The position numbers were made by a program, and so were the translations under genes. The notes beneath the pieces were generated by a model. That model saw nothing but the letters and a program-made list of their open reading frames with translations, ran no database searches and was not told the origin of the DNA. A stretch of 64,000 bases of DNA from an uncultured Gammaproteobacteria bacterium (GTDB taxonomy: Bacteria > Pseudomonadota > Gammaproteobacteria > JABCZS01). The stretch's first letter is position 1; each line of letters begins with the position of its first letter. Positions 52,232-62,128 of this stretch are shown piece after piece. The stretch spans positions 1,280,001 to 1,344,000 of the forward strand of contig CAWKDC010000001.1 in the NCBI GenBank assembly GCA_963848305.1. Reading direction: 5' to 3'.

Positions 52232-55200
52232 ATGAGTGGTAAAGGTAAGGGCAAGGGTAAGGCAATACAGAAACGAACCAAGGTTGAGTCGTCATCCTCG
52301 TCATCCTCGTCCTCATCTGGCAGCAGCACACCTGCTATGGTTGTCACTCCCGAACTATCACATTTTGATGAACATTTTAAGACCATTCAATGTGTTGCAG
52401 AACAGATTGAGCCGATCGTCAACATGAAAGTATATGGCCATGGTTCTTGGTGTGCGATTGCGAAGATATTGGAAGATGGTTTTGTATCTGAAGAACAAGA
52501 GTGTTATTTCAAAAAGCATCTAAAAGAAAAAGGGGATGTAGATATCATCATTCTTTTCGACGATGACTTAACGGGTGATCAGTCTTCAAAACAAAAGATG
52601 CTTGAAAATGAAAAGATTATCTTCAATAAATTGAAAGCATTAGAGCAATGTCAGGTGAGTCGTGTTGATCTTGGTAATGTCAATGAACCAGGCAAATTTT
52701 ATAAATTTGAGTTTGTATATGCTGGCTCCCCATATGATTTGGAAATGGCGAGTCAAGATTCCAATGATCATTCCTTGTCCCCTGCTTCAGTGATGTTTGA
52801 TAAAGATCGAAATCCAATTTTTGGGAAAAAGCACGAGCATCAAGAAAGACATCGAAGATTTCTCTCACATCAAGAGATACACATGCCTGGCCTTACTGAT
52901 TACAAACCGTCAGCGTCTGTTTCAGTGAAATATTGGGAAAGTGTTCGTGTGATAGCTTATGCGATCAAGTCGGCCTTGTTTTATATCGGTTCAAGCAAAG
53001 AACCAGGGTATTATGTGACAAATGATATGATCACTCAGCTAAAGAATTATAAAGACAATCCATATCTATGGAAAGATGTGAGAAAATTTTATAATGATAA
53101 ATATTTCACAAAAAATCGTGTTGCAATGAAAATTGATGAAGCATTGGTTCATATCGAGAAAGCAAGTCGTTATCCAGATCTTTGCAGGATGAGTCGACAA
53201 CAAGTGCTGGCTAGAGAATGGGATAAGTTGAGATTAAGTTACCTTAAAACAATGAGCATCATAGAGGATCTGAATCAGAGAAGCAAGACTAAATTAGAAT
53301 CTCCATTTTCATCGGATATAATGGCAGCGACAAGGCCAGGACCCACTAATGTTTCATATGATGAACAAGTAACGATTATTTTTGAAAAAATAGAAGTGCT
53401 GAAAAAATCTCAAAAAGAAGCAGAGGCGCAGTATGAATATTATAGTAATATACTGAAAAATAAAATACAGTTAAAAGAGGGGGAAAATAACTCTCCAAGC
53501 ATGTCTGTTTCAACATCCAGCGTTTCAAGTCATGAGGATATCAGTGAAGGTGAACTATCCCCACGGCATTCAGATACTTCATCAAGTGAGAACGCGGGAT
53601 CCACCAAAAATACAACAACTGAAACGTCATCAGATGAATCACCTGTGAGAATTACGGAAGAAAATGAAAAGAGATCACCTCATGTGGATATCAGTGAAGA
53701 TAAGCAATCCACTCTGCATTCAGATACATCTTCAAGTAGAATGCCAGGATCAGACAGTGTAAAAGCTAAAACTTCATCCAAATCACCTGAGAAAAAACCG
53801 ACCGAAAATAAAAAGAAATCTCCCGATAAAAAGAAGGAAAATGCTAAGAAAAATAACAATAACAATAACAATAAAAACAGCAATAACAGCGATGATGAAT
53901 TTGACCTGATTTTACAATCAGCGCAGGCATCGAACGCAGCATATTTGAAGAAAAAAGCGGAGATAGCAAGCAATGCAAGGGATAGGATGTTTCAGTTGCT
54001 ACTCGCTGGGGATAGCAATGTAAAAGAAATTAATGAGAAAACAGTGGCCGCCAGCTTCAGGGGGAAATCGAAATCAGATGATAAAATTACCATTGAAGGC
54101 ATAAAAAAATCATTTGATGAAAATAGAAATGTATTGGTTATGTTAAATGCAATATTGAAAAGAGCAGATTTTTATGAAAGCGATATGCAGCTTCTTGATT
54201 CACATGAAATCCCGGATCAATTTTTTTACGAAGTGATGAATGACATCAGACTTAATGTTGACTCTTTTGAAAACAAGAAAAATGATAAAAAATTCTCTAT
54301 ATCAGATGCATATTTTAATCAAGAAACTGAGACTCAGAAGGCTAATAAAATAATTAAGGGTTTTGCAGATGATCTCGAAGTAGTTGTTAATAAGCATGCT
54401 CAAGTTGAATCAGGAAAATCAACATCAATGCGAGTACAGCTTGTCAGGTTTTTCATAAAAAAATATAAAACATTAAAAATTGTTATTAAAAATTCACTGC
54501 ATCTTGATGCAATTTCCTATGTGCCTAATCCCAAAAATGTTATGAATGACATGAAAAGAACAAATGAATTGCTTGAAGGCTTTCTGAAGCAGTATGTCGA
54601 AAATAAAGACAAAAAAATTGTTGATGAATTTCAAGATTATGCTAACAAGAAAGGATTCGACGTATTCACAAAAATGCGTGCTTACATGCGAATACTCTTC
54701 ACATATTTAGAGTTTCATGAAAAGAATTATTCGGAAATCATCGATATGTATGTCGAATATATGCGCAGAGAGAAAAACAACCCATATTTAGTTAAAAGAG
54801 ATGAAGAAATAGAATTTTTTAAAAATGTGATGTCGACTTCCTTAGCAGGAAAAGGAGAGATTCCACGAGTTGAATCTGTTAAATCAATCGTTGCGTCATT
54901 TAAGCATGAGTCAGGTTGGACAGTGTCACCTGATCGTATTATGTGCGGTATTTTTGAAGAAGCAGTGACAATATCAGACACTATGGAGACATTTGAACAG
55001 TTAGTTCCAGAGTGTTTTAGGACAGGTCTTTATTACCAAGACGAAGATCGAAACGAAGAGATGGTAGGACATCCTAGTGTAATCTCACTTAGTTTGACAG
55101 AGTTCATTTCAAATAACTCTGTGTTGCCTATGACAAATGACCCACTTAGTCAATATAATAATGTGATGGCATATTTAAAAGGTGCGCTACTGATGTCAGA

Positions 55201-57040
55201 GAGATTGTATTATAAATCAATTGATCCAAGAAAATCGAATGGTTTGCTGAATATGTTCAAGTATTTCTATTTTTTAGTTTCTGAGATATCCATTAAAAAC
55301 TACGCGGTTCTTGCAAAGGCGAGCGAGATTAATGAATTTAGAAGGGATGATAAAAATGTTTCTGCTCTCGTTAATAATTACCTTGCTGACAAAATGTCCA
55401 AAATAAATTCAGATAATTTTAGTGAATGGAAAGAAGCATTTAAATACTTGATTGATAGAATACAACGTGATTTTGTTCACTTTGATATGAATAGAATTCG
55501 AATATTTCTTAAAACGAATGAAACCATGACACCAGAACTGAGGGTATGGTTTGATTTAGCTATGATCCACTATTTAGAACAAAACAAGATAATTGAAAAG
55601 TCAAGCATAGTATATCCAGTCACCGATCCAGAGAATAATCACCGTTTAGTTTCAATAGGTTGGCTGTTTACAGCGATCGAAGCGAAGGGTAAGTTTTTAA
55701 TCCAAGAGAGTGATATCTTTGTTGAGAAGACAGCTAAAATTTATGCCAAAGGATATGAACGCGTTGGCATGAAATTCTCCCCTTTCATTTATATTAGAGG
55801 TTTTGCTCAAAATAACTTTTCTGATGGTGAACTGATTAAATTTATCGATGTTATATTCACATACTCAACTCTTTTAATGCTCTTTGATTGCAGGAATGAT
55901 TTTAGAACTGTTACTACTTTTAGTAACCACCTGATTTGTTCTTTAGAGTCTTTTGCTCTTGATCACTTTTATCGTGAGAAATTTAATAAGGGCAAGCCTG
56001 AGCTCGCAGACGTTAATGCTTTTCTGAAAAAAGTAATACGAATTCGTCAGCTTTATAATCAATCTTTTAGAAGATTGCTTAAGATTTATTTAACACTTCC
56101 ACTGGATCAAATCTCAGGGCTATATTCTAGAAAGTGTCAAAATGGAAGTAGCCCATCTGAAAAGGTTGAATTTAAGGCATTTTTGTTCACCTACGCCATC
56201 ACATTTGTACAAGTAAATGCTTGCGCAGTGGCAAATGGAGATCTGTTGGATGTTATATCTTTCTATGTACCATTCCAGAATCAATTGTCAGATAATCTAT
56301 ATGAATCCTTAGAATCTGTTATGCAAAATCATGAACCTGTTATTCAGACGATAGATCGTTTAATAATGTTAGAGATATTATCTGCCTATTTAAAACGTAT
56401 GGATCCAAATTGGCAAATTGATAACTCCACCCAGAAACAAATTCAAATGCTATATGACCTAGGTGTTGCGAGAAAAAATTCATTTGATGGATTGAAAGCA
56501 TATATGTTCAGTTCACTTCAAAATAGACCGTTTGTCATAAAGTCCGTTATATACTTTATGAGGGTAAATCGCAAAAAAGAGTTAGATGAAATCCTGCCTA
56601 TGCCGTTAATTAATAAGCTGCTCGAATTGTCTGAGAATATAACAGAGGACGATGTTAATTTTATCACTCTTAATTTGTTTTGCTCATATGGTGCTGTAAC
56701 AAATCATGATCCAAATCTTCAAAATCACCGAAAAATGTTTTGGGAAGCTGATTTGATTTATGCTGTTTATTTGATGAAAATAGATGAGTTTGTCTTGCGT
56801 GATGACTATTCCTCTGAGAAAAAGAAAGAAAATCTTGATAAAATTAGATCATTGCATACTTACTCAAGAAAGACATTTAAAGCAGGTGAGGCGATGCGCA
56901 ATGATGAGGCGAGAGCAACGGGTGCGCCAAGTCTGATTGCAGCGCCTACTGTTCAAGGGAGGCAGCAACTTTCAGGGCCTTCATCAGTCTCTCAGGAAGC
57001 TGTGGTAAAGAAGACATCAGGAGAGGCCAGTCCTGTTTGA
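52232..57040 (+). CDS. Very large orphan protein with a putative N-terminal nucleotidyltransferase domain
   Basis: Uninterrupted 4.8 kb AT-rich ORF; VYGHGSW...GDVDIII motif; Ser/Lys/Asn-rich linkers. Confidence 0.8.
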   Translation: MSGKGKGKGKAIQKRTKVESSSSSSSSSSGSSTPAMVVTPELSHFDEHFKTIQCVAEQIEPIVNMKVYGHGSWCAIAKILEDGFVSEEQECYFKKHLKEKGDVDIIILFDDDLTGDQSSKQKMLENEKIIFNKLKALEQCQVSRVDLGNVNEPGKFYKFEFVYAGSPYDLEMASQDSNDHSLSPASVMFDKDRNPIFGKKHEHQERHRRFLSHQEIHMPGLTDYKPSASVSVKYWESVRVIAYAIKSALFYIGSSKEPGYYVTNDMITQLKNYKDNPYLWKDVRKFYNDKYFTKNRVAMKIDEALVHIEKASRYPDLCRMSRQQVLAREWDKLRLSYLKTMSIIEDLNQRSKTKLESPFSSDIMAATRPGPTNVSYDEQVTIIFEKIEVLKKSQKEAEAQYEYYSNILKNKIQLKEGENNSPSMSVSTSSVSSHEDISEGELSPRHSDTSSSENAGSTKNTTTETSSDESPVRITEENEKRSPHVDISEDKQSTLHSDTSSSRMPGSDSVKAKTSSKSPEKKPTENKKKSPDKKKENAKKNNNNNNNKNSNNSDDEFDLILQSAQASNAAYLKKKAEIASNARDRMFQLLLAGDSNVKEINEKTVAASFRGKSKSDDKITIEGIKKSFDENRNVLVMLNAILKRADFYESDMQLLDSHEIPDQFFYEVMNDIRLNVDSFENKKNDKKFSISDAYFNQETETQKANKIIKGFADDLEVVVNKHAQVESGKSTSMRVQLVRFFIKKYKTLKIVIKNSLHLDAISYVPNPKNVMNDMKRTNELLEGFLKQYVENKDKKIVDEFQDYANKKGFDVFTKMRAYMRILFTYLEFHEKNYSEIIDMYVEYMRREKNNPYLVKRDEEIEFFKNVMSTSLAGKGEIPRVESVKSIVASFKHESGWTVSPDRIMCGIFEEAVTISDTMETFEQLVPECFRTGLYYQDEDRNEEMVGHPSVISLSLTEFISNNSVLPMTNDPLSQYNNVMAYLKGALLMSERLYYKSIDPRKSNGLLNMFKYFYFLVSEISIKNYAVLAKASEINEFRRDDKNVSALVNNYLADKMSKINSDNFSEWKEAFKYLIDRIQRDFVHFDMNRIRIFLKTNETMTPELRVWFDLAMIHYLEQNKIIEKSSIVYPVTDPENNHRLVSIGWLFTAIEAKGKFLIQESDIFVEKTAKIYAKGYERVGMKFSPFIYIRGFAQNNFSDGELIKFIDVIFTYSTLLMLFDCRNDFRTVTTFSNHLICSLESFALDHFYREKFNKGKPELADVNAFLKKVIRIRQLYNQSFRRLLKIYLTLPLDQISGLYSRKCQNGSSPSEKVEFKAFLFTYAITFVQVNACAVANGDLLDVISFYVPFQNQLSDNLYESLESVMQNHEPVIQTIDRLIMLEILSAYLKRMDPNWQIDNSTQKQIQMLYDLGVARKNSFDGLKAYMFSSLQNRPFVIKSVIYFMRVNRKKELDEILPMPLINKLLELSENITEDDVNFITLNLFCSYGAVTNHDPNLQNHRKMFWEADLIYAVYLMKIDEFVLRDDYSSEKKKENLDKIRSLHTYSRKTFKAGEAMRNDEARATGAPSLIAAPTVQGRQQLSGPSSVSQEAVVKKTSGEASPV

Positions 57041-58301
57041 CTGATTTGAGAAAACCTTTGACACCAAATGTGTTTTTCATCCATGATTCAACAATGGGTC
57101 GAGCTGTATCCCACACATTTAGCTCTGGATACAAATGTCTCGTGATGCCTTCTACATTCAAGATGGTTTTTTGTAGCAAGATCAGTTGAGGTTGTATACG
57201 CATTTCAAACTGCTGTGCTGTTTGAAATAAGCGCAGAAGCAATTTTCCAAATGATATATCTTGGATTGAGCGTTCAAGCATGGGTTCGCAGACCGTGCGA
57301 ATAGCCGCCTCAAATTCATCAACACGTACTGTTTTTGGTACCCAGCCAGATTCTATGTGTAACTCAGCGACCCGTCTGTAATCTCTGTGAATGAATGCCA
57401 TGAGATTTTGGGCAAGATAATTCTGGTCAGTTTTGCTTAACGTGCCCATGATTCCAAAATCGACTAATATGAACTGAGGTGATTCAGGGTTACATGTGTT
57501 GATAAAGACATTACCCGGATGCATGTCTGCATGAAAGTATCGGTGTTCAAATACTTGCCTAAAAAAAAGTTCAATACCGGTTTTTGCCAGTAACGCTAAG
57601 TCTACGCCTTGCGCGAGTAAAGCTTCCTTGTCGCCAATACATGTTCCATGAATTCTTTCTAATGTGGCGACACGAGTAGCCGTATAATCCCAATATACTG
57701 AAGGAATTTTAACATGTGGCATATCTGCCAAATTGCGCTTCAAGACAGAACTGTTTGCTGTTTCGCGGATCAGATCCAATTCATTGTTTAATGTCTTATC
57801 CACTTCTTCGACCACTTCATGTAATCGCAAAATCGCCAAACTGGGTACAAACGTTTTGATGAAACGTGAGAGTTTATAGAGTAAACGTACGTCTCGCGCA
57901 ATAATCTTTTCGATGTCTGGTCGAAGTACTTTCACCACCACCGACTCCCCTGAGTGCAAGCGTGCCCCATGAACTTGCGCAATCGATGCGCTGCCCAAAG
58001 GGTGTTCATCAAATTCAGCGAACAGTGTTTTAATGGGTTTTTGAAGAGCCGTTTCGATCGATTGAATCGCGATTTCGCCTGAAAACGGAGCGACCTTGTC
58101 TTGTAGTAAGATCAGGGATGCTGCAACATTGGGCGGAATTAAATCCGGTCGTGTGGACATGGCCTGACCGAGTTTAATAAACAGTGGCCCAAGCGCTTGC
58201 AGGGCCGCACAAATATCTTCGCCATTGGTTCTGTCTCTGAAAAGATTATATTTCTGAAGCGTGAATAAAATTGTGAAGGCACGTCGTGTATCATGGAACA
58301 T
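56946..58301 (-). CDS. ubiB: Ubiquinone biosynthesis kinase-like protein
   Basis: LGPLFIKLGQAMSTRPD, SASIAQVH, VKVLRP, FHADMHPGN, DFGIMG. Confidence 0.95.
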   Translation of the reverse strand: MFHDTRRAFTILFTLQKYNLFRDRTNGEDICAALQALGPLFIKLGQAMSTRPDLIPPNVAASLILLQDKVAPFSGEIAIQSIETALQKPIKTLFAEFDEHPLGSASIAQVHGARLHSGESVVVKVLRPDIEKIIARDVRLLYKLSRFIKTFVPSLAILRLHEVVEEVDKTLNNELDLIRETANSSVLKRNLADMPHVKIPSVYWDYTATRVATLERIHGTCIGDKEALLAQGVDLALLAKTGIELFFRQVFEHRYFHADMHPGNVFINTCNPESPQFILVDFGIMGTLSKTDQNYLAQNLMAFIHRDYRRVAELHIESGWVPKTVRVDEFEAAIRTVCEPMLERSIQDISFGKLLLRLFQTAQQFEMRIQPQLILLQKTILNVEGITRHLYPELNVWDTARPIVESWMKNTFGVKGFLKSVKQDWPLLMSSLPQLPERLMKALKVAASLEQ

Positions 58302-58905
58302 GGTAGGACTCCGTGCGGCGTTTCAGTTGAGTGATTCTCGCAGCCAGGTGATCTGTGGCATAACGGAGCTCATTGACTTCTTTAGTGAAAGAAGCAAATT
58401 CTTCTTTTGATGTCACTGTGTTGGTTTCATAGCGACAATAATCTGCAATGTCTTGAATGGTATGATTCTTAATGTCAGTGGATTTTTCGAGCGCCATGCT
58501 AAACCCTTGAACCATTTTGTGTGCGATCGTTCCGCCGATCACAGTTTCTAAGAAGGCTTCGACATCGATGTCTAGATTACCAATTGCACGTTGCAATGCT
58601 TGGGCTACTTTTCCGTCACCTGCAATGTGCAAATTGGCGACGGAATGTGATGTCATGGTTTTAAAAAATTGAACCGGTGTCGCTGTCAGCGTCAATGCAA
58701 CGGGTAGGATTGTTTCGCTGCTAAGCATGATGGCATTGTTTGAGCAGTTCATTTCAATCACACTTTTCATCGGCTCAAACACAAATCTTATGCGTTTTTG
58801 GTTTAGTGGTTCAAGCACCGTGGTGTCAGCGTGGGCTAATATTGCATTGATAAAACGTTGGGCACGCGATAATATCCATTCAAGAGCGAGAGAGGGCTTC
58901 ACCAT
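58291..58905 (-). CDS. ubiJ: Ubiquinone biosynthesis accessory factor (SCP2 domain)
   Basis: Position between ubiE and ubiB; IAGD, LDIDVE..L...IG..IAH; C-terminal coiled coil. Confidence 0.85.
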   Translation of the reverse strand: MVKPSLALEWILSRAQRFINAILAHADTTVLEPLNQKRIRFVFEPMKSVIEMNCSNNAIMLSSETILPVALTLTATPVQFFKTMTSHSVANLHIAGDGKVAQALQRAIGNLDIDVEAFLETVIGGTIAHKMVQGFSMALEKSTDIKNHTIQDIADYCRYETNTVTSKEEFASFTKEVNELRYATDHLAARITQLKRRTESYHVP

Positions 58906-59645
58906 TTGTAGCCTCGATGGATGGCGACAACGCCACCGGTGATATTCAAATAATCAGCATGATCAAAACCTGCTGACAAGAATAACGATTTGAGTGTTTC
59001 TTGATCAGGATGCATGCGGATGGATTCCACCAAGTATTGATAACTTGCTTCATCGTTGGCAATCCATGCGCCGAGTTTTGGAATGATTTTAAATGAATAC
59101 TGATCATAAATTTTTTGAAGCCATGTGTGGGCAGGTTTGGAAAATTCCAGTACCAATACACGACCGCCTGGCTTTAGTACGCGAACCATTTCTTTCAATG
59201 CTTTTTCAGGTTCGGTGACATTGCGCAATCCGAACCCCATGGTGATCGCATCGAAATAGTTGTCTGGAAAAGGCAAAGATTGTGCATCTGCCACCACAAA
59301 TTCAATCTGATTAAAAATGCCTGAGTTCAAGCATTTTTCTCGCGCTTTTTCAAGCATGTTAGGGTTGATATCTGATGCAATGACTTTGCCTGTAGGTCCG
59401 ACTTGTTTGGCGATGGCACGTGACAAATCACCTGTTCCCGCTGCTAAATCGAGCACTTGTTCCCCGGGTACAGCTTTCAATAAATCGATCGTGATTTTTT
59501 TCCACAACCGGTGCATGCCAAATGACATGGCATCATTCATCACATCATAGCTGGGCGCAACACCATCAAAGACTGCTGCGACACGTTTCACCTTTTCTGT
59601 GAGGGGAACTCTTTCAAAGCCAAAATGCGTCGTGTCTTTGTTCAT
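58899..59645 (-). CDS. ubiE: Ubiquinone/menaquinone C-methyltransferase
   Basis: THFGF, YDVMNDAMSFGMHRLWK, LDLAAGTGD, FGLRNVT, YLVESIRMHP. Confidence 0.97.
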   Translation of the reverse strand: MNKDTTHFGFERVPLTEKVKRVAAVFDGVAPSYDVMNDAMSFGMHRLWKKITIDLLKAVPGEQVLDLAAGTGDLSRAIAKQVGPTGKVIASDINPNMLEKAREKCLNSGIFNQIEFVVADAQSLPFPDNYFDAITMGFGLRNVTEPEKALKEMVRVLKPGGRVLVLEFSKPAHTWLQKIYDQYSFKIIPKLGAWIANDEASYQYLVESIRMHPDQETLKSLFLSAGFDHADYLNITGGVVAIHRGYKW

Positions 59646-59653
59646 GATGATGC

Positions 59654-61000
59654 CTATAAAATGTATCGTGAAAGATCTTCGTTCATTGCCAAATCGCCCA
59701 GATGCTCATTTACATAGGCTTCATCAATGGAGATCGTTTTGCCTTTGTGCATCGTCGCATTGAATGAAATGTCCTCAAGTAACCGTTCAATCACGGTATG
59801 CAAACGGCGTGCACCGATATTTTCAGTTTTTTCATTCACGTAAAATGCAACAGATGCAATACGATGAATTGATGAGGGCGTGAACTCCAGCGTGACACCT
59901 TCAGTTGCCAATAGAGCTTTACATTGATCTGTGATGGATGCTTTGGGTTCTGTCAGAATGCATTTAAAATCTTCTGTACTCAGCGCATTCAGTTCAACAC
60001 GGATCGGTAAGCGCCCTTGCATTTCTGGGATCAAATCTGAGGGACGTGACAAATGAAATGCGCCAGAACAAATGAATAACATGTGCTTTGTGTTGATCGA
60101 ACCGTATTTCGTGTTGATGATCGTGCCTTCAATCAACGGCAATAAATCTCGCTGGACACCTTCACGTGGCGTGGTGCTGTGAAAACGCTCATCACTGCGC
60201 GAAGTGATTTTATCGAATTCATCGATAAACACAATGCCGTTTTGTTCGGCATTTTCAATTGCTTTGGCTTTGATCTCATCTTCATTCAATAATTTATACG
60301 CTTCTTCATCAAGCAATGTTTTTTTAGCAACAGCCACAGTCATTTTGCGTTTTTTCTTGCGGTCGCTGGACATGTTTTGAAAAAGATCTGTGAGTTGAGA
60401 AGTCATGTCTTCCATGCCAGGAGGTGTGACAATTTCAAACGCAGTGCTTGTGGAGACTTCAATCTCGACCATGGTATCTTCTAATTCATTGCGTCGCAAT
60501 TTCTCACGGAATAGTCGGCGTGCAGCAGAGTCTTCGCTGGCTTTCAGATCGCTGGGCTCATCTTCAAACATGGCGCGTGATGGAGGGATCAGTGCATCTA
60601 GTATGCGATTTTCAACGCCTTCCATCGCCTTTTCTCGCACTTTTTCCATTTCAGCGGCGCGGGCCATTTTGATAGCGCTGTCGATCAAATCACGGATGAT
60701 AGAATCCACATCGCGACCGACAAAACCAATTTCCGTGAATTTTGTCGCTTCTACTTTGATAAAAGGTGCATTGGCTAATACAGCCAAACGACGTGCAATC
60801 TCGGTCTTCCCGCAACCGGTGGGGCCAATCATCAAAATGTTTTTGGGATAAATTTCATCGCGCAAAAGAGGGTCTGTGACTTCTTTGCGACGCCAGCGAT
60901 TACGCATGGCAATTGCCACGGCACGTTTGGCATTGTGTTGTCCGATGATGTATTTATCAAGTTCAGCAACAATTTCGGGAGGTGTTAATTCGTGGGACAT
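59654..61000 (-). CDS. hslU: ATP-dependent protease ATPase subunit
   Basis: [45 protein letters not shown]. Confidence 0.97.
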   Translation of the reverse strand: MSHELTPPEIVAELDKYIIGQHNAKRAVAIAMRNRWRRKEVTDPLLRDEIYPKNILMIGPTGCGKTEIARRLAVLANAPFIKVEATKFTEIGFVGRDVDSIIRDLIDSAIKMARAAEMEKVREKAMEGVENRILDALIPPSRAMFEDEPSDLKASEDSAARRLFREKLRRNELEDTMVEIEVSTSTAFEIVTPPGMEDMTSQLTDLFQNMSSDRKKKRKMTVAVAKKTLLDEEAYKLLNEDEIKAKAIENAEQNGIVFIDEFDKITSRSDERFHSTTPREGVQRDLLPLIEGTIINTKYGSINTKHMLFICSGAFHLSRPSDLIPEMQGRLPIRVELNALSTEDFKCILTEPKASITDQCKALLATEGVTLEFTPSSIHRIASVAFYVNEKTENIGARRLHTVIERLLEDISFNATMHKGKTISIDEAYVNEHLGDLAMNEDLSRYIL

Positions 61001-61533
61001 GTGAGTGTTTCCAAGGTGACGTTGTTATTGGTATAAATGCAGATTTCGCCGGCGATTTTCAAGGCCTCTTGCACAATTTCTTTGGCATCCAGGTCAGAGT
61101 TACGTAATAAAGCCCGAGCGGCGGATTGGGCAAAAGCCCCGCCGGAGCCTATTGCGATCAAGTGATCTTCAGGTTCAATCACATCCCCATTGCCGGTGAT
61201 GATCAGGGATGCAGTATGATCAGCCACCGCTAGCAAGGCTTCAAGCCGACGGAGCATCTTATCGCTACGCCAATCTTTGGCCAGCTCAACCGCTGCTCGA
61301 ACCAGGTGACCCTGATGCTTTTCCAGCTTGGCTTCAAAGCGTTCAAAGAGTGTAAAGGCATCGGCCGTGCCACCGGCAAACCCGGCTAAGATCTTGTTTT
61401 GATAGATACGACGAACTTTCTTGGCATTACCCTTCACGACCGTGTTGCCTAATGTCACTTGGCCGTCTCCGCCAATGGCAATGAGGTTATCCCTGCGAAC
61501 GCAGATAATGGTAGTACCGTGATATTGTTCCAT
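60985..61533 (-). CDS. hslV: ATP-dependent protease peptidase subunit
   Basis: [30 protein letters not shown]. Confidence 0.97.
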   Translation of the reverse strand: MEQYHGTTIICVRRDNLIAIGGDGQVTLGNTVVKGNAKKVRRIYQNKILAGFAGGTADAFTLFERFEAKLEKHQGHLVRAAVELAKDWRSDKMLRRLEALLAVADHTASLIITGNGDVIEPEDHLIAIGSGGAFAQSAARALLRNSDLDAKEIVQEALKIAGEICIYTNNNVTLETLTCPTN

Positions 61534-61571
61534 GATAAGGTCCCCTTTGGTGAGCTGGAGCCATTATAACA

Positions 61572-62126
61572 TTAACCGTTGGTAGGCACCACGACACTGG
61601 TGATGGCTTCTGCTTTGAGAGTAGATTGCATCTTCAAGGCGGCTTGTTGAGAACCCAGCGGCGGTGTTTGAACGCGATACCAAGTGGTTCCATTGCCGAG
61701 CTTGGCTGATTGAATTTCAACGGTGAAGCCTGCCAAGGCCAGGCGGGCTTTCATGGCATCCGCTTCATGAAATGATTTGAATGAGGCCAGCTGCAAGCGA
61801 TAATTGGCTGAATGGGTAGGCTTTGACATGTTAGCGACAGTTGCCGGTTGCTGAGGCTTAGGGATGGGCGCGGCAGAAGGGCTCCGGGGCTGTTCGACTT
61901 TCACGTCAGGCAGCATCGTGTAAAAATCGAAGGTAGGTTTGGGAATTTTTTCAACTGTTTTGGCTGCGATCACCGGAGGCAGTTGATGCGGGCGGCTTTC
62001 ATGCCACTTCACGTAGCCTATGCTGCCCAGCACACTGCCCAGTGCTACGCCGAATAATAGCCAGGCCCATCCATGCCCACTGCTGGGCGTATGGCCACGT
62101 TTGTTTGCTCGTTTTCTATGTCGCAT
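61572..62126 (-). CDS. SPOR domain cell-division protein (FtsN-like)
   Basis: N-terminal TM, FDFYTMLP, LQLASFK..A..MKARLAL, WYRV; argS-SPOR-hslVU order. Confidence 0.88.
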   Translation of the reverse strand: MRHRKRANKRGHTPSSGHGWAWLLFGVALGSVLGSIGYVKWHESRPHQLPPVIAAKTVEKIPKPTFDFYTMLPDVKVEQPRSPSAAPIPKPQQPATVANMSKPTHSANYRLQLASFKSFHEADAMKARLALAGFTVEIQSAKLGNGTTWYRVQTPPLGSQQAALKMQSTLKAEAITSVVVPTNG

Positions 62127-62128
62127 CG

